Shown one piece after another: positions 37,058 through 49,508 of a stretch of DNA of 64,000 nt. Numbering within the stretch: position 1 is the first letter of the stretch; each line of letters begins with the position of its first letter. The stretch covers positions 1,116,001 through 1,180,000 of the forward strand of contig JABVCE010000011.1 in assembly GCA_014905635.1 (NCBI GenBank), written 5' to 3'. The stretch comes from Scenedesmus sp. PABB004 (taxonomy: Eukaryota). The notes beneath the pieces are model-generated. The model was not told where the DNA came from and ran no database searches. It saw only the letters and a list, made by a program, of their open reading frames with translations. A program made the position numbers and the translations under genes.

Positions 37058-39676
37058 CCCACGCACCCACCCACCCACGCACCGGCCCGCGCGCAGGTCA
37101 TCACGCGCATCCTGCAGTCCGGCGCGGCGGCGGTGAAGCTGCGCGCGACCGACGTGCTGCTGTCGGCGCTCGCGCACGACCCGATGCCGCTGCGCGCGTT
37201 CCTCGCGACCCAGGAGCGCCACGCGCTGCTCGACTGCCTCGTCACCGAGTTTGTCAACAGCCGGCAGAGCGGGCTGCCGGAGCAGATCGCGGAGCTGCTC
37301 AAGCTGCTCGTCGACCCGGGTGCGCACCCGGGGCTCACGCCCGCGCCCGCCGCGCCCGCGCCCGCGCCCACGCTCGCAACGCCTTGGCGGCCCGCGCCGC
37401 CGCGCCGCCGCTGCGCTCACGCCCACGCTCATCACGCCACGCTCACGCTCATCACGCTCACGCTCACGCTGCGCGCCCCTGTGTGCCTGGACGTGCGTGC
37501 CGCCGCGCCGCAGAGACTATGGACGGCGCGCTCGACAAGAACGACTTCATGGACGTCTTCTACAACACCTTCCTCGACAAGCTCATCGCGCCCATGACCG
37601 CGCAGCCGCCGCACGCCGCCGCGGCGCCGCACGGCGGCGACGCCCCCGCGCCAGCAGCAGCGCCGTCGGGGGCGCCGGCGCGAGCGGCGCCGGCGGCGCT
37701 GCGGCCGCGGCGGGCGGCGGCGGCGGCGCGGCGGGCGGCGGCGGCGAGGCCGTGCCGGCGAGCACGATGGGGCTCATCGTCGACCTGCTCTGCTTCTGCG
37801 TGCAGCACCATGCGTTCTGGGCAAAGTACCACGTGCTGCGGTGAGGGGCGGCGAGGCCCACGGCCTGCGGGCGCGCCGCGGCGGCGAACGGAGGCCTCCG
37901 GCGCCCGGCGCCCGCGCGCTGTGCCGCGCCCGCCGCCGCCTGCGGGCCCGCGCGCCCGCCGCCGCCCACGCGCCCGCCGCCTGCCCGCACCACCTCCCCT
38001 CCCCTCCCTGCCCGCCCTCCCGGCTCGCAGGAAGAACGTCGTCGAAAAGGTCCTCCGCCTGCTGCGCCGCAAGGAGCGCTGGCTCGTCGTCGCGGGCGTG
38101 CGCTTCCTGCGCACGTGCGTGGGCACCAAGGACGACTTTTACCTCCGCCACCTCCTGCGCGGCGGGCTGCTCGACCCGGTCATGGCCGCGTTCTTTGACA
38201 ACGGCCCGCGCTACAACCTGCTCAACAGCGCGGTGCTGGAGCTGGTCGAGTTCATTCGCAAGGAAAACATCAAGGCGCGCCGCGGCGCGGCGCGGGGCTG
38301 CGCGGCGCGCGGCGCGCGCTGCGTGCGGGCGGGGCTTGCCGCCGCCGCGGCCGGCCGGCGCGGGCGGGGCGGGCGGCGGCCTGCCGCATGCGCGCGCGCT
38401 GCTGCTCACACCCGCCGCGCTCGCGCGCTGCTGCCGCCGCCGCCGCCGCCGCCGCGCTGCTGCTGCGGTCCGTGCAGTCGCTGATCGAGTACCTGGTGGA
38501 GCGCTTTGGGCACCGCTTTGACGAGGTCACGTACGTCGACACGTTCAAGCAGCTGCAGCTCAAGTGGGAGCAGTCCAAGGAGGCCGCCGACGCGCCCGCC
38601 GCGCCCGCGGGCGCGCCCGGCGAGCCGGGCCCGGGCGGCGACCCCGGCAGCGCCGCGTTTGGCGCCGCCGGCGGGCCGCGGCGCCGCATCCGGCGCGACG
38701 CGCGCGAGCCGGACCGGAGCGAGGAGGACTATTTCAGTGAGGACGGCGTGGAGGAGGACGCGGGGCACAGCCCCGGCGGCGGCGGCGGCGCCCCCGACGG
38801 CCCGGCGGCGGCAGCCCCGCCGCGGGCGGGCCCGGGCCCGGCGGCGAGCCGCGGCTTGTGATCAAGGGGCTGTTCAAGCCGGCCGGCGCCCCGGGCGGGC
38901 CGCAGCACGGGCGCGCGCCCGACGGCGGCGCGGCGCGCGGCGGCGGCCTGGTGGGCCCGGGCGGGGGGCTGGTGCTCGTGCCGTACGGCGACGACGACGA
39001 CGACGAGCTGGAGGCGGCCGCGGCGCAGGCGGGCGCGGCGCAGCGGCAGGCGCAGCTGCAGCAGCAGCAGCAGCCGGGCGGCGCCGGGGGTGCGGCCGGC
39101 CTGGCGCAGCCGCAGCAGCGGCCGGCGCACCCGCAGCACCCGCAGCAGCAGCAGCAGCAGCAGCAGCAGCTGATGCTGCTGCAGCAGCAGCAACGGCAGC
39201 AGCTACAGCTTCAGCAGCTCCACCTTCAGCAGCAGCAGCAGATGCAGCAGGGGCAGCCGCTGCAGCAGCAGCGGTCGCCCGACAAGCAGGCGGGCGTCGG
39301 CAACGGCAGCGGGCCCGAGCAGCGGAGCCCGGCCGCTGCGCCGCCGGCCGGCGGCAGCAGAGGCGACCAGGCGCAGCAGCCAGCAGGCGCTGGCGGGCAG
39401 CAGCCGGGTGCCGGTGCTGGGGGCGGCGAGCCGGCGCAGGCTGCCGCGGGCGCCGCCGGGCTGGACGTGTCGCCCGCAGCAGGCGCTGCAGGCGCGGCGG
39501 ACGGCGGCGGCGGCGGCGCGCACACGCCGGGCAAGCGCGCGTCGAGCGAGGGCGGCGGCTCGCCCTCGTCGGCGGGCAAGGGCAAGCGCGCCAAGCCCAG
39601 CAGCCCGCTCGTGGCCGGCGCGTCGCCGCCGACCGACCAGGCGGCGGCGGGCGGCGGCATGGACGTGGCCGCGTGA
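33958..39676 (+). CDS. PP4R3: Protein phosphatase 4 regulatory subunit 3 (SMEK/PSY2-like), multi-exon; two apparent frameshifts
   Basis: EVH1-like start RVKLYKLNESGGWDDKGTG, ALSFQEGAGC, GALEYDP, KIHQTYRITYLKDVILPR, NGPRYNLLNSAVLELVEFIRKENIK and C-terminal LVPYGDDDDDE. Confidence 0.92.
35779..35895. repeat. (CT)n/polypyrimidine microsatellite in a PP4R3 intron
   Basis: Read directly. Confidence 0.9.
36996..37053. repeat. (CA)n microsatellite in a PP4R3 intron
   Basis: Read directly. Confidence 0.95.
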
Positions 39677-40544
39677 GCGGGCGACGGCGGCGGGCGGCAG
39701 CGGCCGATCGCGCGAGGGGAGGGGGCGGGGCTCGCTCGTGGGGCGGCTGCTCGAGACTGGCCGCCGCTGCAGAGGGCGTGTAGGGCAGAGCAGCAGCGGC
39801 CGGGGTGCGCGCTGCTGACATCTGATGGACGCGGCCTGAGCGCGCGTGTTGGCGTAACCACGCTGGCTGCTGAGCCGGCGCGTCGTCTTCTCAGCGATTG
39901 CACACAGAGAGCCGCCGCGGCCCAGGTGCGTGCGCTGCGCGTCAGCCGGCTGCTCAACAGCCCGCCACAAGCAAACAAACCCGCTTGCCTGCTAGCTCGG
40001 GCAGCAGCAGCAGTGCTGGCGGCGCCTCGGCGGCGCGCGCGGAGGGTGCCACGCTGATGGCTCTGCCTCGACACAAAGTTTGAATGTTCTTTTTCGGGCG
40101 GCGCGCCCGCCGCGTGCGCGCGCACACACAAGTCTGCACACGTGCCTGCTATCCGCTACCCCGCGCGGCGCCGCGGCGCTGAGCAAAACGCGCCCCGACC
40201 GCCGCCCACCGGCCCACACTCTTCCCCCGGGAGTTGACCAGTGTCGAGCGAACCGTCGCCGCCGCCCCGTGCGCCCCGTGCCCCGCCCTAGCTGCTGCCC
40301 GCCCGCCCGCCTGCCGTCGCGCCCCCCCCCCCCCCCCCCCCCGCGCGTGAGCACGGCCCACACAGCCGCCGCGCGACAAAGAACCGGAATCGCGGGCGCC
40401 GCGCGCACACAGGTGCCGGGTGCCGCCGCGCCGCCGCGCCGGGGCGCGGCGCCCGCCCGCTCAGCGGCTCGCCGCCTCGCCCCAGCTGACTCGAATCGGC
40501 TCGGCTCAGCCCAGCTCGCTGGTCTCGGCCCGCCCCGCCCCGGC

Positions 40545-43500
40545 TCAGCCGCGTGAGTTGAAGAACTCGTAGTCGCTGTGGTAGAGCCGCACCTCCTTGG
40601 GCCCCTGCGGCGTGACGACCTTGACGCCCGCGCACCCGCTCAGCCGCGCCGCGGCGGCCTGCAGCTCCTCCAGCCGCGCGCTCCACTCGCGCCAGCGCGC
40701 CGGCGGCATGCGCGCCGCCGCCGGCGGCGGCGCGTCGCCGCCGCCGCGCCGGCGCTCGCCGGGCGGCGGCGCGAGCGCCTCGAGCCAGCGCTCGCCCATG
40801 AGGTTGTACAGCTTGAGCCCGCCCACGGGCAGCGGCAGCCCGCGCAGCCCGCACGGCGCGCCCAGGTCGGCGCGCGCGCCGTTGACGGCGCCGCCGAGCG
40901 CCTCGAGCGCGGGCGCAAAGCTGTAGTAGGTCAGGAAGCGCGCGGTCAGCGGCGCGTCGGGGATGCGGTACGCCGGGTACCACGCGAGCGCAAACCAGCT
41001 CGCGGGGTGCACGTCCAGCAGGCGCGTGGCCACGAGGTCGGGCCCAACCAGCGGGTGCCCGCACGCCGTGTACGCGGGCCGCGCGGCGGCGCCACCGCCG
41101 GGCGACGGCGGCGGCGCCGGCGGCGGCGCGGGCGCGTCGTCGGCGCCGGCCGTCGCTACGGCCGCGGCCGCGGCGAGCGCGTCCGCGCCGCCGGCCATGG
41201 CCTCCAGCTGTATGTAGAAGGGGTCGCGGCTGAACGGCAGCTCCTGCTCCGCGTGCTCCAGCAGCAGCCGCATGACCGGCGGCCAGCCCTTGACCTGGCA
41301 GGTGTAGAGCCGGCCGCGCCCGCCGGGCCCGACCGCGGCGGGCGACGGCGCCGGCGCGGGCGCGGGCGCGGGCGCAGGCGCGGCCTGCTGCGGCGGCGGC
41401 GCGGCCGCAGCCGCGGCCGCCGCGGCGGCCGCCGCGACCGCCGCCGCCGCGGGCGTGCCCGCCGCCGCGGCCGCCGCGTAGCTCGCGGCGCTGCCGCCGC
41501 TGCTCGACGGCGTCGGGCTGCCGCCAGCGCTGCTGCCGCCGGCGCTGCTGCCGCCGCCGGCGCTGCCGCTGCCGCCGGCGCTGCCGCCGCGCGCGCGCGG
41601 GCTGGGGCTGGGGCTCGGGCTGGGGCTGCCGCTGCGCTCGCCCGGCGCGTCCACGGTGGTGAAGAGCTGCATCGCCGACAGGTATGGCACATAATAGGCG
41701 GTGCTCTCGCCGCGGGGGCCGCCGAGCGTGTGCACGGGCGTGCCCATGAGGCTCGGCTCGAGGAAGCGCTCCCACACCGACCCGAGCGTGAGGCCCTGCA
41801 GCACCGCCGACAGCGGACGCGCCGGGTCGACCGGGATGGTCGGGCCGACGGCGGCAAGGAAGCGCTCGAGGTCGGTCGGCGGCCCGCCGTGCGCCGCCGC
41901 GGCGGGCGCGGCCGCCGGCGGCAGCGTGAGCGCCGCCGGCGGCGCGCCGGCGCCGCCGCGCGCGCCCGCCGCAAGCGCCGGCTCCGGCAGCAGCAGCGGG
42001 CTCGGGTGGCCCGCGAGGCTGCTGCTGCTCGCGCTGGGGGTGAGCCGCGGCGACGGGCCGCCGCGGCCGCCGCCGTGCTGCTGCGCCGCGCCGCGGCCGC
42101 CGCCGCCCGCGGGGCTGGGCAGCGGCGTCTGCCGCCCGCCGCCGCGGGCGTCCAGCGCGCGCCGGGCGTCGCCCGGCGCGCCGCCCAGCAGCGGGCTGCG
42201 GGGCAGCCCCACGTCGCTGCCCTTGCTGTTGCGCCGCGCGCCGCGCCGGCCGCCGCCCTCCTGCTGCACGCCGCCGCCGCCGCCCGCGCCGCCGCCGCGC
42301 CGGCCGCCGCCACCGCCTGCGTTGGCGAGCTGCTGCAGGAGCAGCGGCTGCTCCGGCAAATGCCGGCCGGCGACGCCGTAGAGCTGCTGCTGCTGGTGGT
42401 GCGGCGCGAAGCGCCCGCGGCCGGGCTTGGCCAGGCCCAGGCCGCCGCCGGGCACGGTGCCGGGGTCAGACATCACGTCGCAGTTGTCCACCGCCGCGGT
42501 GCACAGGTGCGGGCTGCTCGCGTGGCTCAGCGCGCCGCTCAGCAGGTGCGCGCCGCCGCCGCCGCCGCCGAGCGCGCCGCGGTGGGGCGCAAACGCGCCG
42601 GCGCCGGCGCCGGCGGCGGCACGCGCGCTGCGGCTGCCGCCCAGCTGCAGCGCGACGACCGCCGACTCGTTCTGCTGCCACGCGTTGGCGGTGGCGGTCT
42701 GCGCGCTGCTGCTGCTGCCGGGGCCGCAGTCGTCCACGCCCGCGTCCGGCACCTGCACCTGCAGCGAGACCGCGCCGCCGCCGCGCCCGGCCTTGACGCC
42801 GCCGCCTGGGCTGCGCGGCACCGCTGCCGGCTGCTGCGGTTCGTCGCGCGCCACCAGCAGCGCGCTCGCGCCCGCCGCCTCAATCGCTGCCCGCAGCTGC
42901 GGCTCGCCCGTGAGCACGCTGCCGTTGACGCGCCCGACGCGCAGCCCAAACTGCTCCAGCAGCTCGTGGCTCAGCTGCGGGCTGCGCGGCGGCGCCGGCA
43001 GCTCGTCGCCGGCGCGCTGCGGCGGCGGCTGCGGCTGCTGCTGCTGCGGCTGCTGCGGCTGCTGTGGCGGCTGCGGCTGCTGCGGCTGCTGCTGCGCCGC
43101 AGACAACGAGCCATTGGCCGTTGCCGAGCCGTTGGCCGCCGCCGAGCTGTTGGCCGCCGCCGAGCCGTTGGCCGCCGCAGAGCCGTTGGCCGCCGGCTGC
43201 TGCTGCTGCGGCTGCTGCTGCGTCGCCGGCGCCGGCAGCGCCTGCTGCGCTGCGGCCGCTGCCGCGCCGGCCGCGGCCTTGCCGCCGCCGCCTGCCTTGC
43301 CGTTGAGCGGCAGCGTGCGCCCGTTCTGGGGCTTGGCGCCGCCGCCCGCGCCCGCGCGATTGCCCGCGGTCGGGCTGGAGAGGATTGCGTTGGTCGCCGC
43401 CGTCAGCGCGCACGCCAGCTCGGCCGCCAGCCGCTCCTTCTCCCCAGCGTCCGCGCTGCTGCTCCGCTGCTGCGGCTGCCGCTGCGCCGCTGCTGCCGGC

Positions 43501-44247
43501 TGGTCGCCGGTGGCCGTCTGCTGCTGCTGCTGCTGCTGCTGCTGCGGCTGCTGCTGCTGCGGCTGCTGCTGCTGCGGCGGCTGCTGCTGCACCTGCTTCC
43601 GCACCCGCACGACGCCGTTGAGCCGCGGCGGGCTGCCGCCGGCGCCCGCGGGCTTCGCCACCGCCGCTGCCGCCGCGTCCTGCTGCTTCTGCGCGGCGCC
43701 GTCTGCGCCGCTGCTGGGCGCCGGCGCGCTGGCATCGCGCTGCCGTACGCGCGGCTGCCAGCTGGTGGTGGCTCCGGGGGCCGCCTGCTTCGGGCCGCCG
43801 CCGCCCCGCCGACGGCGGGGCCGCCGCCGTCCGCCTTGCAGCGCCCTGCGCGGCCGCCGCGCGGCGAGCAGGAGCACTGCCCGCCGCCTAGGCCTGCGGC
43901 GGCGGCAGCGGCAGATGAGCGGCGCGCGCGGCGCCCGGCCGCCCCGGCGCCTCGCCTGCGCGCGCCCCCGTCGCCCCGCGCGCGCAAAAGCGCTGCGCAC
44001 CTTCGCAGGCGCTGCCGCCGTTGCCCTGTATGCTCGGCGCCTGCTGCGCCAGCGGCCAGCTGGCCTCGGGGGCCTCGCACATGGCGCCCGTAGCGCCGCC
44101 GTCGCCGCTGCTGTCGCCGCCGGCGCGCGCGCGCCCGCGCTCCGGTCGCCGCTGCCCGCTGCTCAGCGCTCCGTCGTCGCCCGCGCCTGCGCCGCCTGGC
44201 GCCGCGGGCTGGGCGTGCACGGGCTCAGCGCGCGGGGCGCTGGCCAT
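40545..44247 (-). CDS. DUF789-family protein with a long low-complexity N-terminus
   Basis: LERFLAAVGP, LGSVWERFLEPSLMG, YYVPYLSAMQLF, SWFALAWYPAYRIP, FLTYYS and HSDYEFF. The main exon exceeds 3 kb. A putative first exon spans 44247-44001, but its acceptor is uncertain. Confidence 0.8.
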
Positions 44248-45170
44248 GCACCGGCGCCGCCGCGGGCGCGCCGCTCGAGCAGCGCGCCGCGCCGCCGCCG
44301 CCGCGCGGGGGCGCCGCTGCGCCCGACGCTGCGCGTCGAGTGCGGCCGGCCCGCGCGTCCGCCAGGGCGCAAGGGATCGAGCCCGGGGGCGAGGGCGCCT
44401 GGACGCTGTGGCTCGGCGAGGCCGAGATGTGGCGTTCGCTGCTGCCCAGCGGCCCGCCTGCGGGCGGCGAGGCACGCAGCACCGCGTTCAGCGCCGTCGC
44501 CGTGCCGTGGGCGAGCCTGGGGCGGCCAGAGGCGCTGGGGCAGCAAGGCGCCCCGCCCAGCGCGCAGGCCCGCCAGGCCAGCACCGCCGGCAGGGCGCTC
44601 ATGAGAGCATGAGGCCCCGCTCCGGCCAGGCAGACGGGGCGGGCGCGCCCCGGGCGCGGGGTGGGCCCCGGCGCGGGGTGGGCCCGCTCGCCCCCGCTCG
44701 CGGAGCGCCGCTGCGGCGCGTGCGCGCGGCCCGCGACCGAACCAGGACCGCCCGGCATGCGCCGCACCTGGGTCGCGTCGCCAGAGGCTCGCGTCTGCTG
44801 AGGTCGATTGTGCAGCGGGCCGTGCGTGCGTCGCTGCAGGTCGAACGCTGGCGTCGGGCTGGCCACCAGCGCTGCACGAGGAGCGAGAACTGGCCGCCGC
44901 AAAACGGTGCGGCGGCGCTCGACAGTTGCGCCGCCGCCGCGACCACGACAAAAAGAACGGCCGCCGCCGCGTCGGGCTTCTCTGGCTGCGCGAGCACCAC
45001 CCGTCGCCTCTGCCCGACTAGGCCCCGCTCCTCACCAGCTCGGCGCCGCCGCCGCCGGCGCGGCCGCCAGGCTGCCGGCGGCGCGGCGCGCCCGCGCTGC
45101 GCAGCGCATCGCGCGTACCGGCGCGGTTACAGGCGCGCGTCCCCCCGCGGCGGCGGCGCCCCGGCGACGC

Positions 45171-48100
45171 TCAGCTGAACTCGCGCACCGCGGCGTTGAC
45201 GCGCTCGTAGACGGCGGGCGTGATGCTGGGGTCGAGGTCGAGCACAAAGACCTTCAGGCACGCGACGCGCTCGCGCAGCAGGCCGAGCATCGCGTTGTCG
45301 GCGCGCCCCCGCACGCCCAGCATCGCGCCCGCGACGAGCTCGAGCACGTCGCTCATGCGCTCCCGCACCGCGCCGTCGAGCTGGCGCACCTCGAGCTTGC
45401 ACACCTCGACGCGCGCGCGCTCGGTCGGCAGGAACGAGAGCTTCGACGACACCTGCAGCACGCGGTCCCACGCGCCCGCGCCGCCGAGCTCCGTCATCTC
45501 CCGGATGAGCAGCAGCTGCCCAAACGCGTCCGCGTCGCGCCGGCTCGCCGCGTCGGGCGCCGCCGCGATCGCCTCGACCGCCGCCTGCCCGCGCGCGATG
45601 AGCACGCCCACCGCGTCGGTCACCGCGCCTGGCGCGGGCATGGGCGCGCGGCGCGGGCGCGGGCGTGGGAGGGCGGCGCGGGAGGCCGGCGGCGCCGCGG
45701 CGGCGCCGCGGCCGCGGCGGCGCACCCTTGTTTGCGCGGATCGCGGCGCTGAGCTGCTGGTTGATGATCTTGAGCGCCGCGCGCGGCTTGCCGGCGGCCA
45801 TGAACAGCTCGCGCGCCTCGTCGGGCTGCTGGCTGATCTGGCAGTCGTACGCGACGCCCTCAAACAGCGCCGCGCGCGACGCCGCGTCGGGCACAAACGC
45901 CGCGATCGCGCCGCCCGCGCCGAGCGGGCCGCCGCCGCCGAGCAGCGTGCCTGCGCGGCGCGGCGGGCATGGGGGCGCGGGGTCGGCGGCGGCGCAGGTG
46001 CCGGGCGCTGGCGCGCGCGCGCGGTGCGGCGCCTGCGCCGCGCACACGCGCGGCCCCACCCACCGTAGTCCTTGCTCGCGACCAGCAGCTCGCGCAGCAG
46101 GCGGCCGCGCTCGGCGAGCCCGCCGCCCGCGAGCGCGGCGGCGAGCATGTAGTACTGCAGCGCGGTCGCGCTGTCCGACGGCACGTAGCGCCGCCCAAAG
46201 CTCGCGACCGCGCCCGCGAGGTCGAGCTCGAGCGGCGGGTCCGCGGCGGGGTCGTCGCTGCCCGCGTCGAGCACCTGCGCGCGCGGCGCGCGGCGTGCGG
46301 CGGCGCCCGCCCGGCGGCGCGCGTCGGGCGCGGGGCGCGGCGCGTGCGGGGGGCCGGCGGCGCGGAGCGCGGCGCGGAGCTCGCGGCCGCACGGGCGCGG
46401 CGGGGCGGGCCGCGCGCACCCGCGTGAAGTGCAGCGCGATCGCGAGGTGGATGCCGTCGAGGCGGTACGCCTTGGCCATGTCGGCCTTGAGCAGGAAGGA
46501 GAGCGCGCGGCGGAACTGCAGGCTCAGCAGCAGCACGGTGAGGAAGAGCAGCGGCTCCTTGCCGTCCTTGCTGTAGTACTTGGGCCCCCAGCGGTTGAGC
46601 TCCGCCTGCAGCGCGCCCAGCGTGTACGCTGCGCGGCCGCGGGCGCGGCGGCGGCGGAGCGGTGTGGGCGGCGGGGCGCAGGCTGCGCGGCGGCGCGGCG
46701 GCGGCGGAGGGGGGCGGCGGCGGCGCGCGCGCCCGCCGCGCCGCACCCGGCGCGCCGCCGCCGGCGAGGCCGCCGCCGCTGGGGCTGAGGCTGCCGCTGA
46801 GGGTGTAGAGCCCACTGCCGCCCGCGCCGGGCGGCGGGGGGCTGGTGTTGACGAGGGAGAGCTTCACCCAGACGTAGTCCTCCATGGTCGGGAACAGCCC
46901 TGCAGGGGCACGCGCGTGCACGCAAGCAGGCACGTTGAGAGGCGCGTGCCGCGGCGCGGCGCCCGCGGCGGCGGCGGCGTCGGCGGCCGCGCCCGCGCCG
47001 GCGGCCGCACCCGGGGAGAGCTTGAAGAGGGAGTCCACGCTGCGGCTGTCGCCCGCGAGCAGCGCGTAGAGCAGCAGCTGGTAGTCGGCCTTCAGCCCGC
47101 TCTGCGCCGGACACGCGGCGGCGGCCGTGGTCACACGCTGCTGTCACGCGCGCAGCGCAGCACGCAGCGCGCGCGAGAGGGAGATTTCGCACGCAGGACC
47201 CCCGCCGCCGCCTCGCGCACGCGCGCGCCTGCTTCTGGCTGTAGCTCTGCAGCAGGCGCTCGCACTCCTGCACCATGCTGCCGCCGTGCTTGGCGCGGAA
47301 GCCGGCCGCGTCCTGCAGCCAGTGCGCGAGCAGCTGCTTCACGCTGCCGCCCGCCGTGCGGCTCTGGCTCACGTCCACGCAGCGCTCCGCCGCCTTGAGC
47401 GCGACGTCATGCATGCCGGCGCGCAGCCCGCAGTACACCTGCGGCGGACGCGCCACGCGGCGGCGCACGGCTCGGCGCGCGCCCGCGCCCGACGCGGCGC
47501 GCTGCTGCCGCGGCGGCGCGCCCCGCGGCGGCGTCCGCGCCTGCGCCCAGGTGGTGTCGATGCCGCCGGGCGCCTGCAGGTCCAGCGTGCCCTTGTCCCT
47601 GAACTTGACGGCCAGGTAGGCCTGGACGTCGCGCAGCGGGTCGGGGTCGGCGCCGCGCTGCGCGGCGGCGCGGTGGCGGCAGATCACGCCGCGCATGTGC
47701 GCCGCAAAGCCCGACTGCAGGTGGTTGCGCCCGCCCTGCGCGGCGGCGGCGCCGCGGCGGCAGCGGCGGCGTGAGCGCGGCTGCGGGCGCGGCGGCGGGG
47801 CGCCGCAGGGGGCGCCGGCGCCGGCGCGGGGCCGTCGCCGCGCGGCTCGACCGCGCGCGCCTGCAGCAGTGCCTCCAGGTACTCGGGGCCCGCCGACGGC
47901 GTGAGCCCGCCCGCCTTGGCCATGCTGAGCACGTCGCCGAGCAGCTTCCAGCACGTGCTCATGAGCGTATCGGGGGCCTTGTCCTCGTACTGCTCGCACG
48001 CCGCGCCAAAGAGCGCGACCGGGTCGGCCGGCGTGCCGCTCGCCGCCGCGGCGTTGAGCTGCTTCACCGCCGCGACGTACGCCTGCTCCTTGGGGCCCTG

Positions 48101-49075
48101 CTTGGCGCCGCCGCCGAACGACGCTGCGGCGCGGCGCGGCGCGGCGCGGCGCGTGAGCCGACACGAAACGTGCGGGGCGCCCGCGGCCGCGCCGGGCGCG
48201 CCGCGTGCCGCACGCGCCGCGCCGCACCGAGGTCGGCGCGCGCGACGCTGCCGAACGAGAGCCCGCCCGCGCCGCCGCCGGGGCCGCCGCCGAGGCCGGT
48301 GTAGGGCGCGACGCTGGAGAAGAGGCCGGCCTTGTCGCTCGCCCAGTCGCGGGACATGCAGTCGCTCATGTAGCGCTCGAACGAGAGAATCGTGTCCTGC
48401 TGCGCCTCCTGCGCGCGGGCCCCGCGGGCGCAGCAGCCGGGTGAGCCCGGCCGCGGCTGCGCCGGCGCCGCGGCCGCGGCGGCCCGGCCGCGCTGTCCGC
48501 CGGCGCAGCGTGCGCGCCTGGATGGCGGTGAGGATGCTCATGTCCTGGATCTGCTGCAAGTAGTCCTCCACGCTCGTCGTGTCAGCGTGGAAGACGTCCT
48601 CCAGCGTCGGCTGCAGCTCCAGCATCGCGACGTCCTGGTTCAGCCTGCGGCAGCAGCGGCGGCGGCGCCGGGCAGCAACCGCCGCGTCGGCCGCCGCGCC
48701 GCGCTGCGCTGCGCGCCGCCGCGCCGCGCTGCTGCCGCCGGCGGCGCCGATCGCCGGGCGGCACGCACCTGCCGGCGTCGAAGCCCTGCATCGCCAGCAG
48801 CCGCGTCGCGGCGGCCTGCTCCGCCTGGCTCCGCACCCTGCTGGTGCGCGCCCGGGCGCTCTGGGAGCTGAGCAGCAGGCCCGTGAGGTCGCGCTGGACC
48901 TTGGGGTAGCCATGGCGGTCCTACGCGCGCGCGTGCGGGCGGGCTCGCGGGCCAGGCCGTGCGAGCCTGCGCTCGATCAGGCCCCCCGGGCCCCGGCGCC
49001 CAGCGGCACCTGCGACACCAGGTCGTTGGTCTGGTGCACCAGTGACAGCCAGTCGTTCTGCTCCAGCGTCGGCAT
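45171..49075 (-). CDS. NUP93: Nucleoporin NUP93/Nic96, multi-exon
   Basis: PKVQRDL, LEDVFHADTTSVEDYLQQIQDMSILTAIQEAQQD, WAQVYCGLRAG, TMEDYVWVKLS and LLLSLQFRRAL. TGTAA lies 3' of the stop (45131-45127). Confidence 0.9.
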
Positions 49076-49147
49076 CGCGCCCGGCCCACCGCAGGCGGCC
49101 GAACGCACGCGGCGCGCTGCTCAACTGCTGCGCCGCGTCTGCCGCCG

Positions 49148-49379
49148 CCGCCCTCAGAGGCCGTCCGGGCGCACGGGCGCCGGGAGTGTGTGCGCTGGCG
49201 CGGGCAGGGACGGCCGGGCGGGCGGGCGCCCGGCGGCGGCGGGGGCGCAGGGCGCGGCGGGCCGTCGAACCCCGGCGCGTCTCGAACGGCGCGGCTCGCG
49301 CCCGGCGGCGCGGCGGCGCGGCGAACCGCCGGCAGCGCGGCCGCTGTCTGGACGGCACGAGCTCTCTCTCTGTCGTGGC
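49148..49379 (-). repeat. Dispersed ~235-bp non-coding element, copy 2
   Basis: Inverted copy of 33640-33876. Confidence 0.9.
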
Positions 49380-49508
49380 TGGCGCCGCGCAGCGGGCGCG
49401 CGCGGGGGCGACCAGGCACGGCCGGACGCGCGGTTGCGCCCGCGGTCGGCAGCGGCCAGCACCTTCTCCCTGCCGCCGCCCGACACCAGCCGGCGCCGCC
49501 GTCGCCGC

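Noticed and set aside
38858..39676. Separate poly-Q gene after PP4R3
   Set aside because: It has no ATG start and carries a SMEK-type acidic C-terminal motif, so it is better read as the PP4R3 tail.
42427..44604. Poly-Cys, metallothionein-like ORF
   Set aside because: Antisense reading of the CAG/CCG repeats of the DUF789 gene.
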